DNA from: a virus
Taxonomy: Duplodnaviria; Caudoviricetes
IMG/VR virus record: IMGVR_UViG_3300038679_000051
Span: 128,001-192,000 of that record
Strand: one strand, 5' to 3'
Length of the DNA: 64,000 nt
In this document: positions 1-10,149 of the stretch, one piece after another
Numbering within the stretch: the first letter of the stretch is position 1
Layout of the letters: each line of letters starts with the position of its first letter
Notes under the pieces: generated by a model
Databases searched by the model: none
The model's input: the letters and a program-made list of their open reading frames with translations, nothing else
Told to the model about the DNA's origin: nothing
Made by a program: the position numbers and the translations under genes

Positions 1-401
1 GAAATCTTGAGTGCCAACAATCTAGGCAAACTGACATAATGCAAACCAGCTGATTTATCTTCTGTGGCAGGGAATTTAATTTTACTTTGTGGATGTGTCA
101 ACATTCCCTCTGGATAGAGATTGATTTCCAATTCACCACGTTTGAATTTATTGTGCCCAATAAACTGAAAACCAGCCGCTTCTAATTCGTTGGCTAATTT
201 TTGAGCATCAATCGCCGACGTAACTACATCAATGTCTTCCGTCGTTCGTTTATAATTGTATTTCGGTAGAGCAGCACCCCCTATGATCATCGCCGAGATG
301 TTTGTGCGTTTCGTGATGTCATCTAAAATGTCAATAGTCGTTGATATGTGCTCAAATAATTGGAAGCATTGCTTAGTCTTATGTAAATTTGAGATCCGCA
401 T
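1..401 (-). CDS. nucleotidyltransferase-fold protein (AbiEii/DUF6036-like), runs off window start
   Basis: Not in ORF track. Manual translation MRISNLHK...MIIGGAALPKYNYKRTTEDIDVV...LPRLLALKI has the GG...RxTxDxD signature. AGAGG upstream; in-frame upstream starts possible. Confidence 0.6.
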   Translation of the reverse strand, partial: MRISNLHKTKQCFQLFEHISTTIDILDDITKRTNISAMIIGGAALPKYNYKRTTEDIDVVTSAIDAQKLANELEAAGFQFIGHNKFKRGELEINLYPEGMLTHPQSKIKFPATEDKSAGLHYVSLPRLLALKI

Positions 402-630
402 GGCAATTCCTCTCATTTTAAAATTTTCTTTTTTGATTAATGGACATTTTTTAAAATTTGCTCGTCGCCATATTACAAGTGGTGGGAAACAGACAAATGT
501 TGATATCTGTTTGATTGTCTTATTAAGATAATGATCCTTAAGATATTCATCTTCTCCGTAGTCCATTTATATTTTGTCAATGCTTCAGATATTTTGTTTG
601 AGCAAGACATATTTTTAAAATACATAAAAT

Positions 631-1686
631 TTAATTGAAAATTATGCTCCATCTTGTTATGATTTCAAAATTATTTGATTTTTTGACGGGAGTGGCTAGC
701 ACGCGATGCGCGAATATTCTCATTGTGTCTTTGTATGCTCCGATCTGTCCGACCAGGACCTGTTGATTTGCGTCTGTCGGCACTCTATCTAATTGAATGT
801 CTCTACCACCGGGTAATTTGTCCATAACCAGATAGTACGGAGTAATCTGTCCAAGAGTGTCATCAGCAATTGATCCGCCAGCAGATACCAATTTGATCAT
901 GTCGCCGGTTCTAATTAAATCAATTAATGCCTCAGATGGATCCAACGTTATGACGTCTGTCCCATTGGCGATCACCGATAATGGCGTCCCATCTGAATGT
1001 CCTTCCATAAATAACGAATGAGGATCACATTCACATGCGCTCACATGATCTAATTTTTTCCCAGCGACTAATGCCACCTCACATATTGTGAAATAATCGC
1101 TATCAGTTAGACCAAAACCATTATATTCATCGAGCATCAATGTAGTTTGGAGATTCACTATATTGTTTATTGTCCTTACGTCTGCCTGCAATAATGGCGT
1201 ACCGGCCGGTTGTGCAGTTGGTTCGAAAGAGACTGATTCGATGCGTTTCAATGCTCTATACGGTTCGGCAATCGGTATGGCATTAATCAACCCACCACCA
1301 TATTCAGCTCCAACGCCTAAACGGATTGGGACCTTTGTGCCAGTGACTGGATCGGTGACATAATATCTTGGATCATCAGCGTCTAATGGTACACCATTAG
1401 GATCAAAACTTGCCCCAAATAAAATGTATTTGACGCCGTATTCACCATCAGGATCAAATGTGGTTGGCTCCCACGCACCAGTGCCAGTGCCGCCTACTGG
1501 GTTCCACACCTCATTAAATGGCATGCGATGTGATAAAATTTCCTTCGCATGTATCTTAATTAAATTACGATCAATTATTCTATCCACGACATCACCGTTT
1601 TTGTCCTTGATGATGAATTCGAGCATGCCAGCCATCGGTCCAGCATTCCCTTTGTGAACCTCATCAAACATTTTAACTGTAGCCAC
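631..1686 (-). CDS. virion structural protein (tail/baseplate-associated)
   Basis: 351 aa. N-terminal IIDRNLIK and C-terminal IFAHRV...KSNNFEIITRWSIIF resemble phage tail/baseplate proteins; same strand block as the baseplate gene. Confidence 0.5.
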   Translation of the reverse strand: MATVKMFDEVHKGNAGPMAGMLEFIIKDKNGDVVDRIIDRNLIKIHAKEILSHRMPFNEVWNPVGGTGTGAWEPTTFDPDGEYGVKYILFGASFDPNGVPLDADDPRYYVTDPVTGTKVPIRLGVGAEYGGGLINAIPIAEPYRALKRIESVSFEPTAQPAGTPLLQADVRTINNIVNLQTTLMLDEYNGFGLTDSDYFTICEVALVAGKKLDHVSACECDPHSLFMEGHSDGTPLSVIANGTDVITLDPSEALIDLIRTGDMIKLVSAGGSIADDTLGQITPYYLVMDKLPGGRDIQLDRVPTDANQQVLVGQIGAYKDTMRIFAHRVLATPVKKSNNFEIITRWSIIFN

Positions 1687-1695
1687 GATTATCTC

Positions 1696-2322
1696 CTATC
1701 CGGCCAACACGTCACCATTGACGAAATTGGCTATGTTGGTCAACAAAACGGTAAATTTATCACCAGTTTTCAAATCATTCACTAAGTTTATTCTGACTGG
1801 ACAAGTACCGGGATCGATTTGTACGTCGCGAGGATCGATCAATGATCCATTTACCCATACAAACGGTCTAGTGTTTGAGTAAATGCTTGATCTGATTGAT
1901 TCAGGTATCGGTATGCCATTTGTAGCATTAATGGCACGACCACTATATGTCGATTGTGGTCGTATGGATGCTAATGCGACGCTCGCACTGTCATACCATT
2001 GTGATAATGAAATAGGCCCAGGTAATCCAAGAGAAATGACATCTGATACTGGTGACCACTCAGTGCCGGCCACGCCAGTGCCAGTTCGAATTTTCAATGT
2101 CATATCATTTAAATCAAACCACGGTGATCCTACTCTGAAATTTTGTGGTTCATCATAAGACGATTGATTGGATAGCAATGCTATGATTGCCATTCTCATC
2201 CAATCATATCTTGGTTGACCAGGTGATGGATATTCATCATGTGGTTGGCCAGTTTCACCAACATCCGATGGAAAATTAATCAGTGGTCCAGGGATCCGAA
2301 ATCTATTGTCTGGTAAGGTCAT
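1696..2322 (-). CDS. putative virion structural protein
   Basis: 208 aa, beta-rich, VWVNGSLI-type repeat; AGGAG upstream; within structural block. Confidence 0.45.
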   Translation of the reverse strand: MTLPDNRFRIPGPLINFPSDVGETGQPHDEYPSPGQPRYDWMRMAIIALLSNQSSYDEPQNFRVGSPWFDLNDMTLKIRTGTGVAGTEWSPVSDVISLGLPGPISLSQWYDSASVALASIRPQSTYSGRAINATNGIPIPESIRSSIYSNTRPFVWVNGSLIDPRDVQIDPGTCPVRINLVNDLKTGDKFTVLLTNIANFVNGDVLAG

Positions 2323-2339
2323 TTTGTCTCCTATCTCTC

Positions 2340-2756
2340 TTATTTACGTTCATATCGTTGATTAAAGAATTCAACGATCGACTCAGATATGTCTCTTGAC
2401 AATGGTAATTCACCATATTTTCCATTGAACGTATCTGATAAATTACCAGTAACATCCCAAATCTTTAGACTAAAATTAGGTATTATTTTTAAATCTGAAA
2501 TTCCACGTTTTAAAATCAAAGTGTGAATTTCATTTAGAGTCATATCTACGTCTATTTTAAATTTGTCTTTGGTTTCTGTTAGGATATTATTCATTAAATC
2601 GCTTACGATATTGCGCAATTTCTCAGATAAAATCTGTTGTTGTACTCTCAAATCCTGTAATTTACCTAACGTAACATATACGTCAACAAATTTGTCATCC
2701 GACAGTCTATCAAGCGCAGAATCAATTTTCGTGTCATCCATCTTCGTTCCTCCCAA
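2340..2756 (-). CDS. hypothetical protein
   Basis: 138-aa ORF in tiled minus-strand block; GGAGG SD before an internal ATG (MDDTK). Confidence 0.55.
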   Translation of the reverse strand: MGGTKMDDTKIDSALDRLSDDKFVDVYVTLGKLQDLRVQQQILSEKLRNIVSDLMNNILTETKDKFKIDVDMTLNEIHTLILKRGISDLKIIPNFSLKIWDVTGNLSDTFNGKYGELPLSRDISESIVEFFNQRYERK

Positions 2757-2784
2757 AGCAATAATTTATATTTGTCTTATAGAA

Positions 2785-3081
2785 TCATTTTAATTTGGCT
2801 AGCTTTCGCGCATCAATGATGGCATATGAATTCCGAAAAAACACAAAATAATATAAACGATCCAGGAAATTCATGTGTTTGAATTCTACCATAAAGTATA
2901 TGCTATATATTAAATATATCCATTTACTTCCGGTGAATCCCAAGACATAATAAAAGAATAATTTATCATACCATGACAAATTACCAATCAGAGTGACTAC
3001 GTGGGATAGTCCATCTCCGGTTTTGAAACGTTCTTTGTGGTTGCAGACTTCGATTTTGTCTAGAAATTCTTCTGTAGTCAT
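2785..3081 (-). CDS. hypothetical protein, hydrophobic central segment
   Basis: 98-aa ORF tiled between neighbours. Confidence 0.45.
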   Translation of the reverse strand: MTTEEFLDKIEVCNHKERFKTGDGLSHVVTLIGNLSWYDKLFFYYVLGFTGSKWIYLIYSIYFMVEFKHMNFLDRLYYFVFFRNSYAIIDARKLAKLK

Positions 3082-3111
3082 GTGCTTTTTTTATCTCGCC
3101 ATTCTTAAGCG

Positions 3112-6100
3112 TCAAATATCATCGTGTCCTACAGTAACTTCGGTTCCAGTTCCGGGCCAAGTGGCATCACAAACAGCTATGCCATCATCGTTACCCCACA
3201 CATTAATCCAATAAAAGGGTTGATGGTGACTACTAGGAACCATATAATAAAGTTCAGCACCTACCTGAATTAAGTCAGGCCAATAAACTAAATGATCTTC
3301 GTGAACATTGACGTTTGCCCATCTCGTTCCACATGAAATGAGCATTTCAACCACTTCTTTGATCCCACAGTTGAAGAAATCACCAAATATCGTTTCAGCC
3401 TTCAATGGGATCTTATCGCCGCATTTCCATGACGTTTGAATTAATTCAATTCGTTGTTCACCACCGGCGGAGATGATTTGATAACTAGAGGCATAAAATT
3501 CGATGATTTTTCTGTCGATTGTCACAATTCCACGTCTAAATACCCGACCATTTATAATTTCTCCGGCTGGCGATTCACCCCATACATGTGGAATTTTCGT
3601 TGTCGTCAATATGTCCAATCTATTGTCATAGAATTTATACTCGACCTCATATTGTGTGTCATAATTATCTTTAAAAAAGAACGACCCTTCTGTCTGGGCA
3701 TCTTTCAATCTAAATGAATCAGGAATAGAACCATCATTAATGTTGGAACAACTTCCAAACGTTTCATTTAATTTTAGTTTGGGAAGCACGGATAATTGAT
3801 CACAATGCGCATCGATTGTTCCATTTGCCGTGCGCATCTTATCGATCATACATTGCCTGTCATTGGCATCAGAACCACCACAATCCAGACAACCACAATC
3901 ATTGCGCAGTCCTTGGTAATGTTGGTATCTATATATGCTTTCATCGATCAGTATTCCACTGCCTGACTTGAATAATAATGGAAGTGACCCAGTAGAATCA
4001 TGTGTTGGTAAATTGAGCAATTCCATCAAGTCCTGATCATCAGTCCCGCCTCTTTCGAATCCTCTATCAAATGAATATTCATATGTGCCATATTCAGACG
4101 GGTGACCATCAATACAATCTTCACCACTTTGTGATTCCGATTGGAAAATGTGTAATCCATCGTTGATTGTAGTCTCAGTGGTGGTCGTAGTCTGATCGAA
4201 TGTAATCGCCAACCTAGGATCACCCGGTTGCAACTCATCATGCATGTAGATTTTATGAGTCACGAATAAGGTAGATGTGTGATCTCCGAAGGTCATGATG
4301 TCTTGGGTTATGCCATTACCAGATAATCTATAGGGAGCATCATCAAAATAAATGTGCTGATTGCCATCGCTACCAATCTCAAGACGTGCATTTAGAGGGT
4401 TATCATAATTTATGCCATTGCAATCGTATGTTGGCCAAGGATAATCCCATGGTTTAGCTTTCCAATTTTTGCTTTCATAGTCGTTCAACAATTTATCAGC
4501 AGTTATGAATCGATGACCAGGGAAAAAACTATTAGATTTCTGTATGTCTAATGACCGTCTCTGCCATGCCAAATAATTATTCTTTTGATCATCTTCATTG
4601 AAATATGCACGATCAGTAAATCGCAATGACGGTTGTGGCTCATCATAATCAGTGCGTAATTTACCTAGGAAACCACCTTTCTCTAGGACGTCCGCCTTCT
4701 TATTGATCGTATAATAAACTCCAGAACCAAATCCTAATAGACATGGTTTGCATCTTACTGAATCAATCATTCTTAGATGTCGTTCATTTTTAAGTCGATC
4801 AACGACCCGCCCAATATAACATTTATTGACCGTTGCGTCGTCATCACATACTTTCTCACGTAAATCCGGCACCTGGTCGTAATCCAAATCAACGTTCTTA
4901 AGTAATTCTTGCCCGAATTGCGTATATTGACATTCAGTACCAATCGGTTTCCCTGATGGAACTCTAGATAAACGATTCACCAATTCTTCTTGATCGGGCG
5001 TTAAAATATGAGTACCATCGAGATCTTTCCAAGCAATGTGTTCGGCTCTTAAACCATCTATTACTCTTGAGCGTAATTTTTGATTTTCAGTAATGATGCC
5101 ATTCTCAGTGCCTGGCTTACACTTATCAGCGCTCTCGTCTGGTGGATAAAAATATGGTGGTTTTTCCAATTTACCACCAGCATAATTAGGATCTTGTTTG
5201 TTATCTGCACCCAAACAAAAATCAGTGACGTTATATATGTCCAACACATTTTGTGTAAACGTCAATTTTCGCAATAAGCTGTGAAATGCTTTCAGCTTAA
5301 ATATGAAATTTATTAAGAAATCAAGTAGATCTGATTGTATATCATCCTCAGATTGTGAGGCAATATTTACATCGAATCTATTAGACCTTAAATCAATCAA
5401 GGAATCAGGCAAAATGATCTTGGTTCTGGGATAGACGGCAAAAATGAACAAAGCATCATTCTCATTGAATTTAATGTAATGATCAAATGTGACGTTTATA
5501 ACGTTGAAATCATGTCCATATGAAATCCCTGATTTCGACAATGGTGTGATTCCGGTTCCATATTCATCTATAGCTCCTCTTTTTTGATCGACGAGAATCC
5601 GCGAATGTCCTATCACGGTCTGGTCGGGTATGATTTGGTTTAATAATTTAGATGATGGAAATCCAGCAGCATCATTTTTACAAGCATCCTCTGTGGATTC
5701 TGGACCCGACATTATCTGATTAATTATGTCTTTCAATTGTGAATAAATTGGGCCATCTTTTTTAACATGCCATGCTTCAATAGCAATCATATCATTGCTT
5801 CTGAACAACAATGGAACGCTGAATTGCCCAAAACCGGCTGCAACATAATCAGAGACCAATGCATCAGTCTGACATTTTTCCTGTGTCATAATTTTCTGGT
5901 CGGAATAATGGGGTGGCAATGGCTCATTTGGGCCGATGAATCTTTTGCCATCTTTGGAATACCAAAGATTAATTAATTCTATTGAAAAACCAAAAATTTT
6001 GAACAAATCAGAGATTGCAAGTCTCGTGCCTTTCAATTTTTGTAATCGGACACCATTACGAAGCATTGCACGACGTATCGAATCTTTATTTCTGGGAAAA

Positions 6101-6930
6101 TTTGGTAAATCCCACCCAATTAAATATGCGAGATATGGTATCAATTGTACTGGTATTTTATTGATCCAATTCACTCCAAGCAATAATTTCTGCTCATCAA
6201 ATATGTCCTGTAATCCATCAGCGTATGCCCGCATCAATTTTACTACTGGGTCGTTAGTACGGTCGACGTCTCCTAAATATATCGCTGGCATGTTATCAAT
6301 CATCATCCGATGGACGTCACCAGGATGTGCCATCAACATCCGAAATCTAGCAATTGCAAATTCATCTCGAATGCAATCAAAATCATTAGTAGACGTTGTC
6401 GATCGAATTTTATATCTACATTGCCACACAAAATAATAATCGTCCTCTGGCAGACCACTGACGCTTATTTTGAAATTGGATAAATCATAATAATCGGCAT
6501 CTTTGTAATATGGCACTCTGCCTATTGTACCCGATCTTAAACGATATTCAAAATAATCGCCATTCACTGCTTCTTCATATGTCTTTGGCGTGCCGTCGGA
6601 AGCATAGAAATTTTGCCCTTCTAGAATGGTATTTAATCTGCTGTCTATAAATTCTTGCGTACCAGGTTCGAAGACATATAACGTCCGTTGTGGAACAAAA
6701 ACCCCAACGTTCTCCGGACCGGCTACTTTAGCTGGTGTAGGCGCATCTTCAATATAAAATTGTAATTCCGACACCGCAGAGTCAGACAAAGGCGTCCCAC
6801 TCATTGATCTAACCCATGGTACGACTAGGATCAATGGCAAAGAGACATCTTGATATCCGGTTCTGGCATTTTGGATGTCAAACCTAAAGAAACTAGGTTG
6901 AAATCTATCAATTGCAGGTGCAACAGGCAT
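3112..6930 (-). CDS. large baseplate wedge protein containing P2 gpI-like (tail protein I) domain
   Basis: 1272 aa. IPVQLIPYLAYLIGWDL...RRAMLRNGVRLQKLKGTRLAISDLFKIFG is the P2-gpI-like motif. Confidence 0.65.
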   Translation of the reverse strand: MPVAPAIDRFQPSFFRFDIQNARTGYQDVSLPLILVVPWVRSMSGTPLSDSAVSELQFYIEDAPTPAKVAGPENVGVFVPQRTLYVFEPGTQEFIDSRLNTILEGQNFYASDGTPKTYEEAVNGDYFEYRLRSGTIGRVPYYKDADYYDLSNFKISVSGLPEDDYYFVWQCRYKIRSTTSTNDFDCIRDEFAIARFRMLMAHPGDVHRMMIDNMPAIYLGDVDRTNDPVVKLMRAYADGLQDIFDEQKLLLGVNWINKIPVQLIPYLAYLIGWDLPNFPRNKDSIRRAMLRNGVRLQKLKGTRLAISDLFKIFGFSIELINLWYSKDGKRFIGPNEPLPPHYSDQKIMTQEKCQTDALVSDYVAAGFGQFSVPLLFRSNDMIAIEAWHVKKDGPIYSQLKDIINQIMSGPESTEDACKNDAAGFPSSKLLNQIIPDQTVIGHSRILVDQKRGAIDEYGTGITPLSKSGISYGHDFNVINVTFDHYIKFNENDALFIFAVYPRTKIILPDSLIDLRSNRFDVNIASQSEDDIQSDLLDFLINFIFKLKAFHSLLRKLTFTQNVLDIYNVTDFCLGADNKQDPNYAGGKLEKPPYFYPPDESADKCKPGTENGIITENQKLRSRVIDGLRAEHIAWKDLDGTHILTPDQEELVNRLSRVPSGKPIGTECQYTQFGQELLKNVDLDYDQVPDLREKVCDDDATVNKCYIGRVVDRLKNERHLRMIDSVRCKPCLLGFGSGVYYTINKKADVLEKGGFLGKLRTDYDEPQPSLRFTDRAYFNEDDQKNNYLAWQRRSLDIQKSNSFFPGHRFITADKLLNDYESKNWKAKPWDYPWPTYDCNGINYDNPLNARLEIGSDGNQHIYFDDAPYRLSGNGITQDIMTFGDHTSTLFVTHKIYMHDELQPGDPRLAITFDQTTTTTETTINDGLHIFQSESQSGEDCIDGHPSEYGTYEYSFDRGFERGGTDDQDLMELLNLPTHDSTGSLPLLFKSGSGILIDESIYRYQHYQGLRNDCGCLDCGGSDANDRQCMIDKMRTANGTIDAHCDQLSVLPKLKLNETFGSCSNINDGSIPDSFRLKDAQTEGSFFFKDNYDTQYEVEYKFYDNRLDILTTTKIPHVWGESPAGEIINGRVFRRGIVTIDRKIIEFYASSYQIISAGGEQRIELIQTSWKCGDKIPLKAETIFGDFFNCGIKEVVEMLISCGTRWANVNVHEDHLVYWPDLIQVGAELYYMVPSSHHQPFYWINVWGNDDGIAVCDATWPGTGTEVTVGHDDI

Positions 6931-6954
6931 GTTCTATCCCCTTTAAAGTATGTT

Positions 6955-7317
6955 TTATAACCAATTAGGTATTGATTTAATCCAATTTTCTGGACACCAG
7001 AAGATCGTATTCTTAACTAATTGTCCGTCATGGTATCTTAAACATACGCGATAATGAACGTGGTCTTTATTGATAATTGTCCCTGGAGAGAGATAAAATT
7101 TATGATCAGCATTATTGAGGTAAATTTTAGTACCAATCTTTAACAAGGGTATTTTGGCTTTTATCTTCTGGTTTGGCATGATCAACATCATTTCATTGAT
7201 TTTCTTAATCCAGAACATTTCGCCACATTTTTGGCAGATAAATGGAAATCCTAAATATTCATGCCATGATTCATTGCGACCCTCTTGTTCGAACTTACAT
7301 TTGGGACATCTAAACAT
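6955..7317 (-). CDS. zinc-ribbon protein
   Basis: CPKC...CQKC at N-terminus; GGAG upstream. Confidence 0.55.
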   Translation of the reverse strand: MFRCPKCKFEQEGRNESWHEYLGFPFICQKCGEMFWIKKINEMMLIMPNQKIKAKIPLLKIGTKIYLNNADHKFYLSPGTIINKDHVHYRVCLRYHDGQLVKNTIFWCPENWIKSIPNWL

Positions 7318-7320
7318 TGA

Positions 7321-7362
7321 TGGAGACCCTCCAGCCGTATATACGGATACGAGGTGAACCTC
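7321..7362. promoter_or_regulatory. three small inverted repeats in divergent intergenic region
   Basis: TGGA..TCCA (7321-7333), perfect palindrome CCGTATATACGG (7335-7346), GAGG-TGAA-CCTC (7351-7362). Confidence 0.35.
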
Positions 7363-7377
7363 TAAAGGGGAACAAGA

Positions 7378-7980
7378 ATGAATAAATCACCATTGGTCCT
7401 TTGCGTAAGTTATATACCACTGTTCATTGCTGACCCAACTAAAAATCACTCAATGAAAGAGATCATCAAATTATTAAATGAGGCCATCGAAAATGTACCA
7501 TGCCCAATTGCTTGCGTGTGGGCACAAATAAATGATAAACACATCCCATGTTTTTTGATCAATAAAGCTAGAGAAATAGTTGACCATATTCTGCTATGGT
7601 CAGAGGATAAACCACATGAATGGTTTAAATTAATTGTTGAACGTGATGTGGCTCATTACGAAGTTGCATTGTTTCCCAACCTAATTAAATCAAAAGAAAG
7701 ACAATTAATTCAATATGTAATGACCAATAATGAAATTATACCGGAAAGTTCCGAACGACAAATTCTCTTTAAACCATTGCATTTCCGCAGTAAAAGCATC
7801 AGCATGATTAACACAATTAATCTTGCGGATCCTTCAATGGTCGGTTTCATCGAATCGGACGGACTTGATTTAAATCAGCTTGACTTAGGCAAGATACCAG
7901 AGCCAATCATGATTGGCCCGTTCGAGATAGACAAAGACCAGAGTCTCAAGACATATTCGAAAGGACTAGAAGATGAATGA
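7378..7980 (+). CDS. hypothetical protein
   Basis: 200-aa ORF with AGGGG SD. Confidence 0.6.
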   Translation: MNKSPLVLCVSYIPLFIADPTKNHSMKEIIKLLNEAIENVPCPIACVWAQINDKHIPCFLINKAREIVDHILLWSEDKPHEWFKLIVERDVAHYEVALFPNLIKSKERQLIQYVMTNNEIIPESSERQILFKPLHFRSKSISMINTINLADPSMVGFIESDGLDLNQLDLGKIPEPIMIGPFEIDKDQSLKTYSKGLEDE

Positions 7981-8133
7981 CATATGCTCCGCAGCAACAG
8001 GTTCTTTGCCGAATGAGTGCTCGATAATTTCCACCCTTGTTCCAGTGAGGAATATCGTCCCATCGTCGCCATCAACGAGTTGTCCCCTGGCATTGTGAGG
8101 GTTGTAGTTACAGAGAAATTGCAAATATAATTT

Positions 8134-8937
8134 ATGAAATTATCGCTATTGTTTGAATCTAACGACATAATTAAACCATTCGGTATGTTTGTCTATCTGA
8201 ATAACGAGTATCCATACTGGGGGAATCCACGCGGTCGAAATAAAACTGTAGAATACGATAAAGGTAAATTTAATAGATATGCCAAACTTGGGTCCTATGC
8301 TGATGAGATTATTGAAGAATTACAGGCAATTATCGAAAAAGGCCATAATACAGACGATGGTCGGTGTGCATTTGCTAGTTTACTTATGATGTTGTATGGT
8401 GTAAGAATAGGCAATGAGGGTTCTGCAGAAGGATATGTTTCGGGATTGAAAAAGAATGAGGGCGAAATTGTCCACACATACGGGACGACCACTTTATTAA
8501 ATAGACATATATCATTTCCCACCGGTGCCATGATGCTTGATTTCCTAGGAAAGGAACAAGTGGCGCATAACATTATTGTTGTAAATGATTTCCTAAAACG
8601 ATATGGAAAATTATATCATGATCCGAACAATCCTGACGAAAAATGGCTGAAAATAGATTATGCCACCCTGTTTAAATTCATCAAGAGAAACATTGGTGAA
8701 CAATTCATACCAAAAGATCTGCGGACGTTTTGTGCAAATATATCTGCTTGGAATTATATGAAGAAAATTCTTGATAAACCTTTAGTTGACACTAAAACAA
8801 ATGCCAAAGCAGAAGTAAGGGAAATAGTCGAGAAGACAGCGAAACGACTTGGTAATACTGTTGGAATATGTCGCAGGGCATATCTTGACCACAGGATGCT
8901 CAATTGGTTCATCGATCAACGTTATGAATCATCGTGA
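8134..8937 (+). CDS. DNA topoisomerase IB (poxvirus/bacterial type), catalytic core
   Basis: Catalytic set present: VRIGNE (R), FLGKEQV (K), PKDLRT (R), LGNT (N for H, bacterial type), ICRRAYL (Y). Confidence 0.88.
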   Translation: MKLSLLFESNDIIKPFGMFVYLNNEYPYWGNPRGRNKTVEYDKGKFNRYAKLGSYADEIIEELQAIIEKGHNTDDGRCAFASLLMMLYGVRIGNEGSAEGYVSGLKKNEGEIVHTYGTTTLLNRHISFPTGAMMLDFLGKEQVAHNIIVVNDFLKRYGKLYHDPNNPDEKWLKIDYATLFKFIKRNIGEQFIPKDLRTFCANISAWNYMKKILDKPLVDTKTNAKAEVREIVEKTAKRLGNTVGICRRAYLDHRMLNWFIDQRYESS

Positions 8938-8939
8938 CC

Positions 8940-9524
8940 TTACATTGCTGCTGCTTTTACATTAATGTCCGGATAGTTTTTAGGCGGAATATAAACACAA
9001 TTCCCTAGGGCTTCTTCTTTCTTTTTACAATATTCCTTGATCAATGACAGCAGATCATTCATGACATTGTCTGGGATGCCCTTCTCGTCTTCACTAGCAT
9101 TAAACATGTCGATCACTATACATTTTCTACAAGTAAGAAATGGAGTATATGGATCGCATGGAACGCATTTCCCAGCTGGTGTTTTGTCTGCTACGCAAAC
9201 TCTAATTTCTGATACCGGTTCATCTTTCTCTATGACCTGCCGATCACCCATGACTAGAAATGACGTATATTTCATTAATTCTGCCGTCATAATACAATCT
9301 ATGTCCGTTGTGATTTGTGCATTCATCCATGTTCCTTGTTGTGTCTTATATATTCTACGCCCGACGTGTGACAGATGCCAACCGTGTGCCCCATACTCAT
9401 CATTTCCTAAGAACAATGTCGTTTTATGTTCCATATTATATGTTTGTAGGCGTGGTATTAGGCCAATATCTTGCAAACACTGCCTTAGTTCTATCATCCA
9501 TGACTTGTTGTCCATTCTCGTCAA
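8940..9524 (-). CDS. hypothetical protein
   Basis: 194-aa ORF, start uncertain. Confidence 0.5.
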   Translation of the reverse strand: MTRMDNKSWMIELRQCLQDIGLIPRLQTYNMEHKTTLFLGNDEYGAHGWHLSHVGRRIYKTQQGTWMNAQITTDIDCIMTAELMKYTSFLVMGDRQVIEKDEPVSEIRVCVADKTPAGKCVPCDPYTPFLTCRKCIVIDMFNASEDEKGIPDNVMNDLLSLIKEYCKKKEEALGNCVYIPPKNYPDINVKAAAM

Positions 9525-10149
9525 TTGCCATGGTTACCCTTGCTCTCGTTCCTTTCATTTCTGGATGGAAATGAAACACATGAATTGGTTTAGATGCCCT
9601 ATAATATCTCTTCCAAAATCCAGAACATCCGACGTTGAATGTTTGGTCCACAATCGTTATTCTACCTTTATATTGATCTAAATTTAGGATTTTCCTGATT
9701 ATTGGTTCTTCTTTTTTCGATTGTTGTCGTTCAATCTCATTTACGATTTCTTGGACCATATCAATAGCTGATGGCCGTATGAACATGCTGCCACCATTGA
9801 TTTTTCTTTCTACTGAGTATGTCGTGACCCCTATGTCTGTAAATTCTGGCATATCAAATTTTATTTGTTGCCATGCATCTAAATCATGCGCCCAGAATGG
9901 TTCGTTCATTCCGTGTTTGAGCAACAATAAAGTTGAGAATGTCTTACTACCGGTTAAGCATCCCCCTGGATTTAAATCCATCTTCATTGCCTTGACGCCC
10001 ATAAATTCAAAATCGAAATTAGTCACCAATATGATTGAATCAGTCGACCAACCAAGTTCGATGCTATTGTCGATTTGTGCCTTCAAATATGATTCGAAAT
10101 AATGAAAGTCTTTCTGCTTTTTAAGATAACAGGTAATCACGTTTTTCAT
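9436..10149 (-). CDS. putative GT-A fold glycosyltransferase
   Basis: IILVTNF...WAHDLDAWQ (DxD)...KINGGSMF...VFHFHP pattern; 4-nt overlap with the GT gene upstream. Confidence 0.55.
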   Translation of the reverse strand: MKNVITCYLKKQKDFHYFESYLKAQIDNSIELGWSTDSIILVTNFDFEFMGVKAMKMDLNPGGCLTGSKTFSTLLLLKHGMNEPFWAHDLDAWQQIKFDMPEFTDIGVTTYSVERKINGGSMFIRPSAIDMVQEIVNEIERQQSKKEEPIIRKILNLDQYKGRITIVDQTFNVGCSGFWKRYYRASKPIHVFHFHPEMKGTRARVTMAIDENGQQVMDDRTKAVFARYWPNTTPTNI

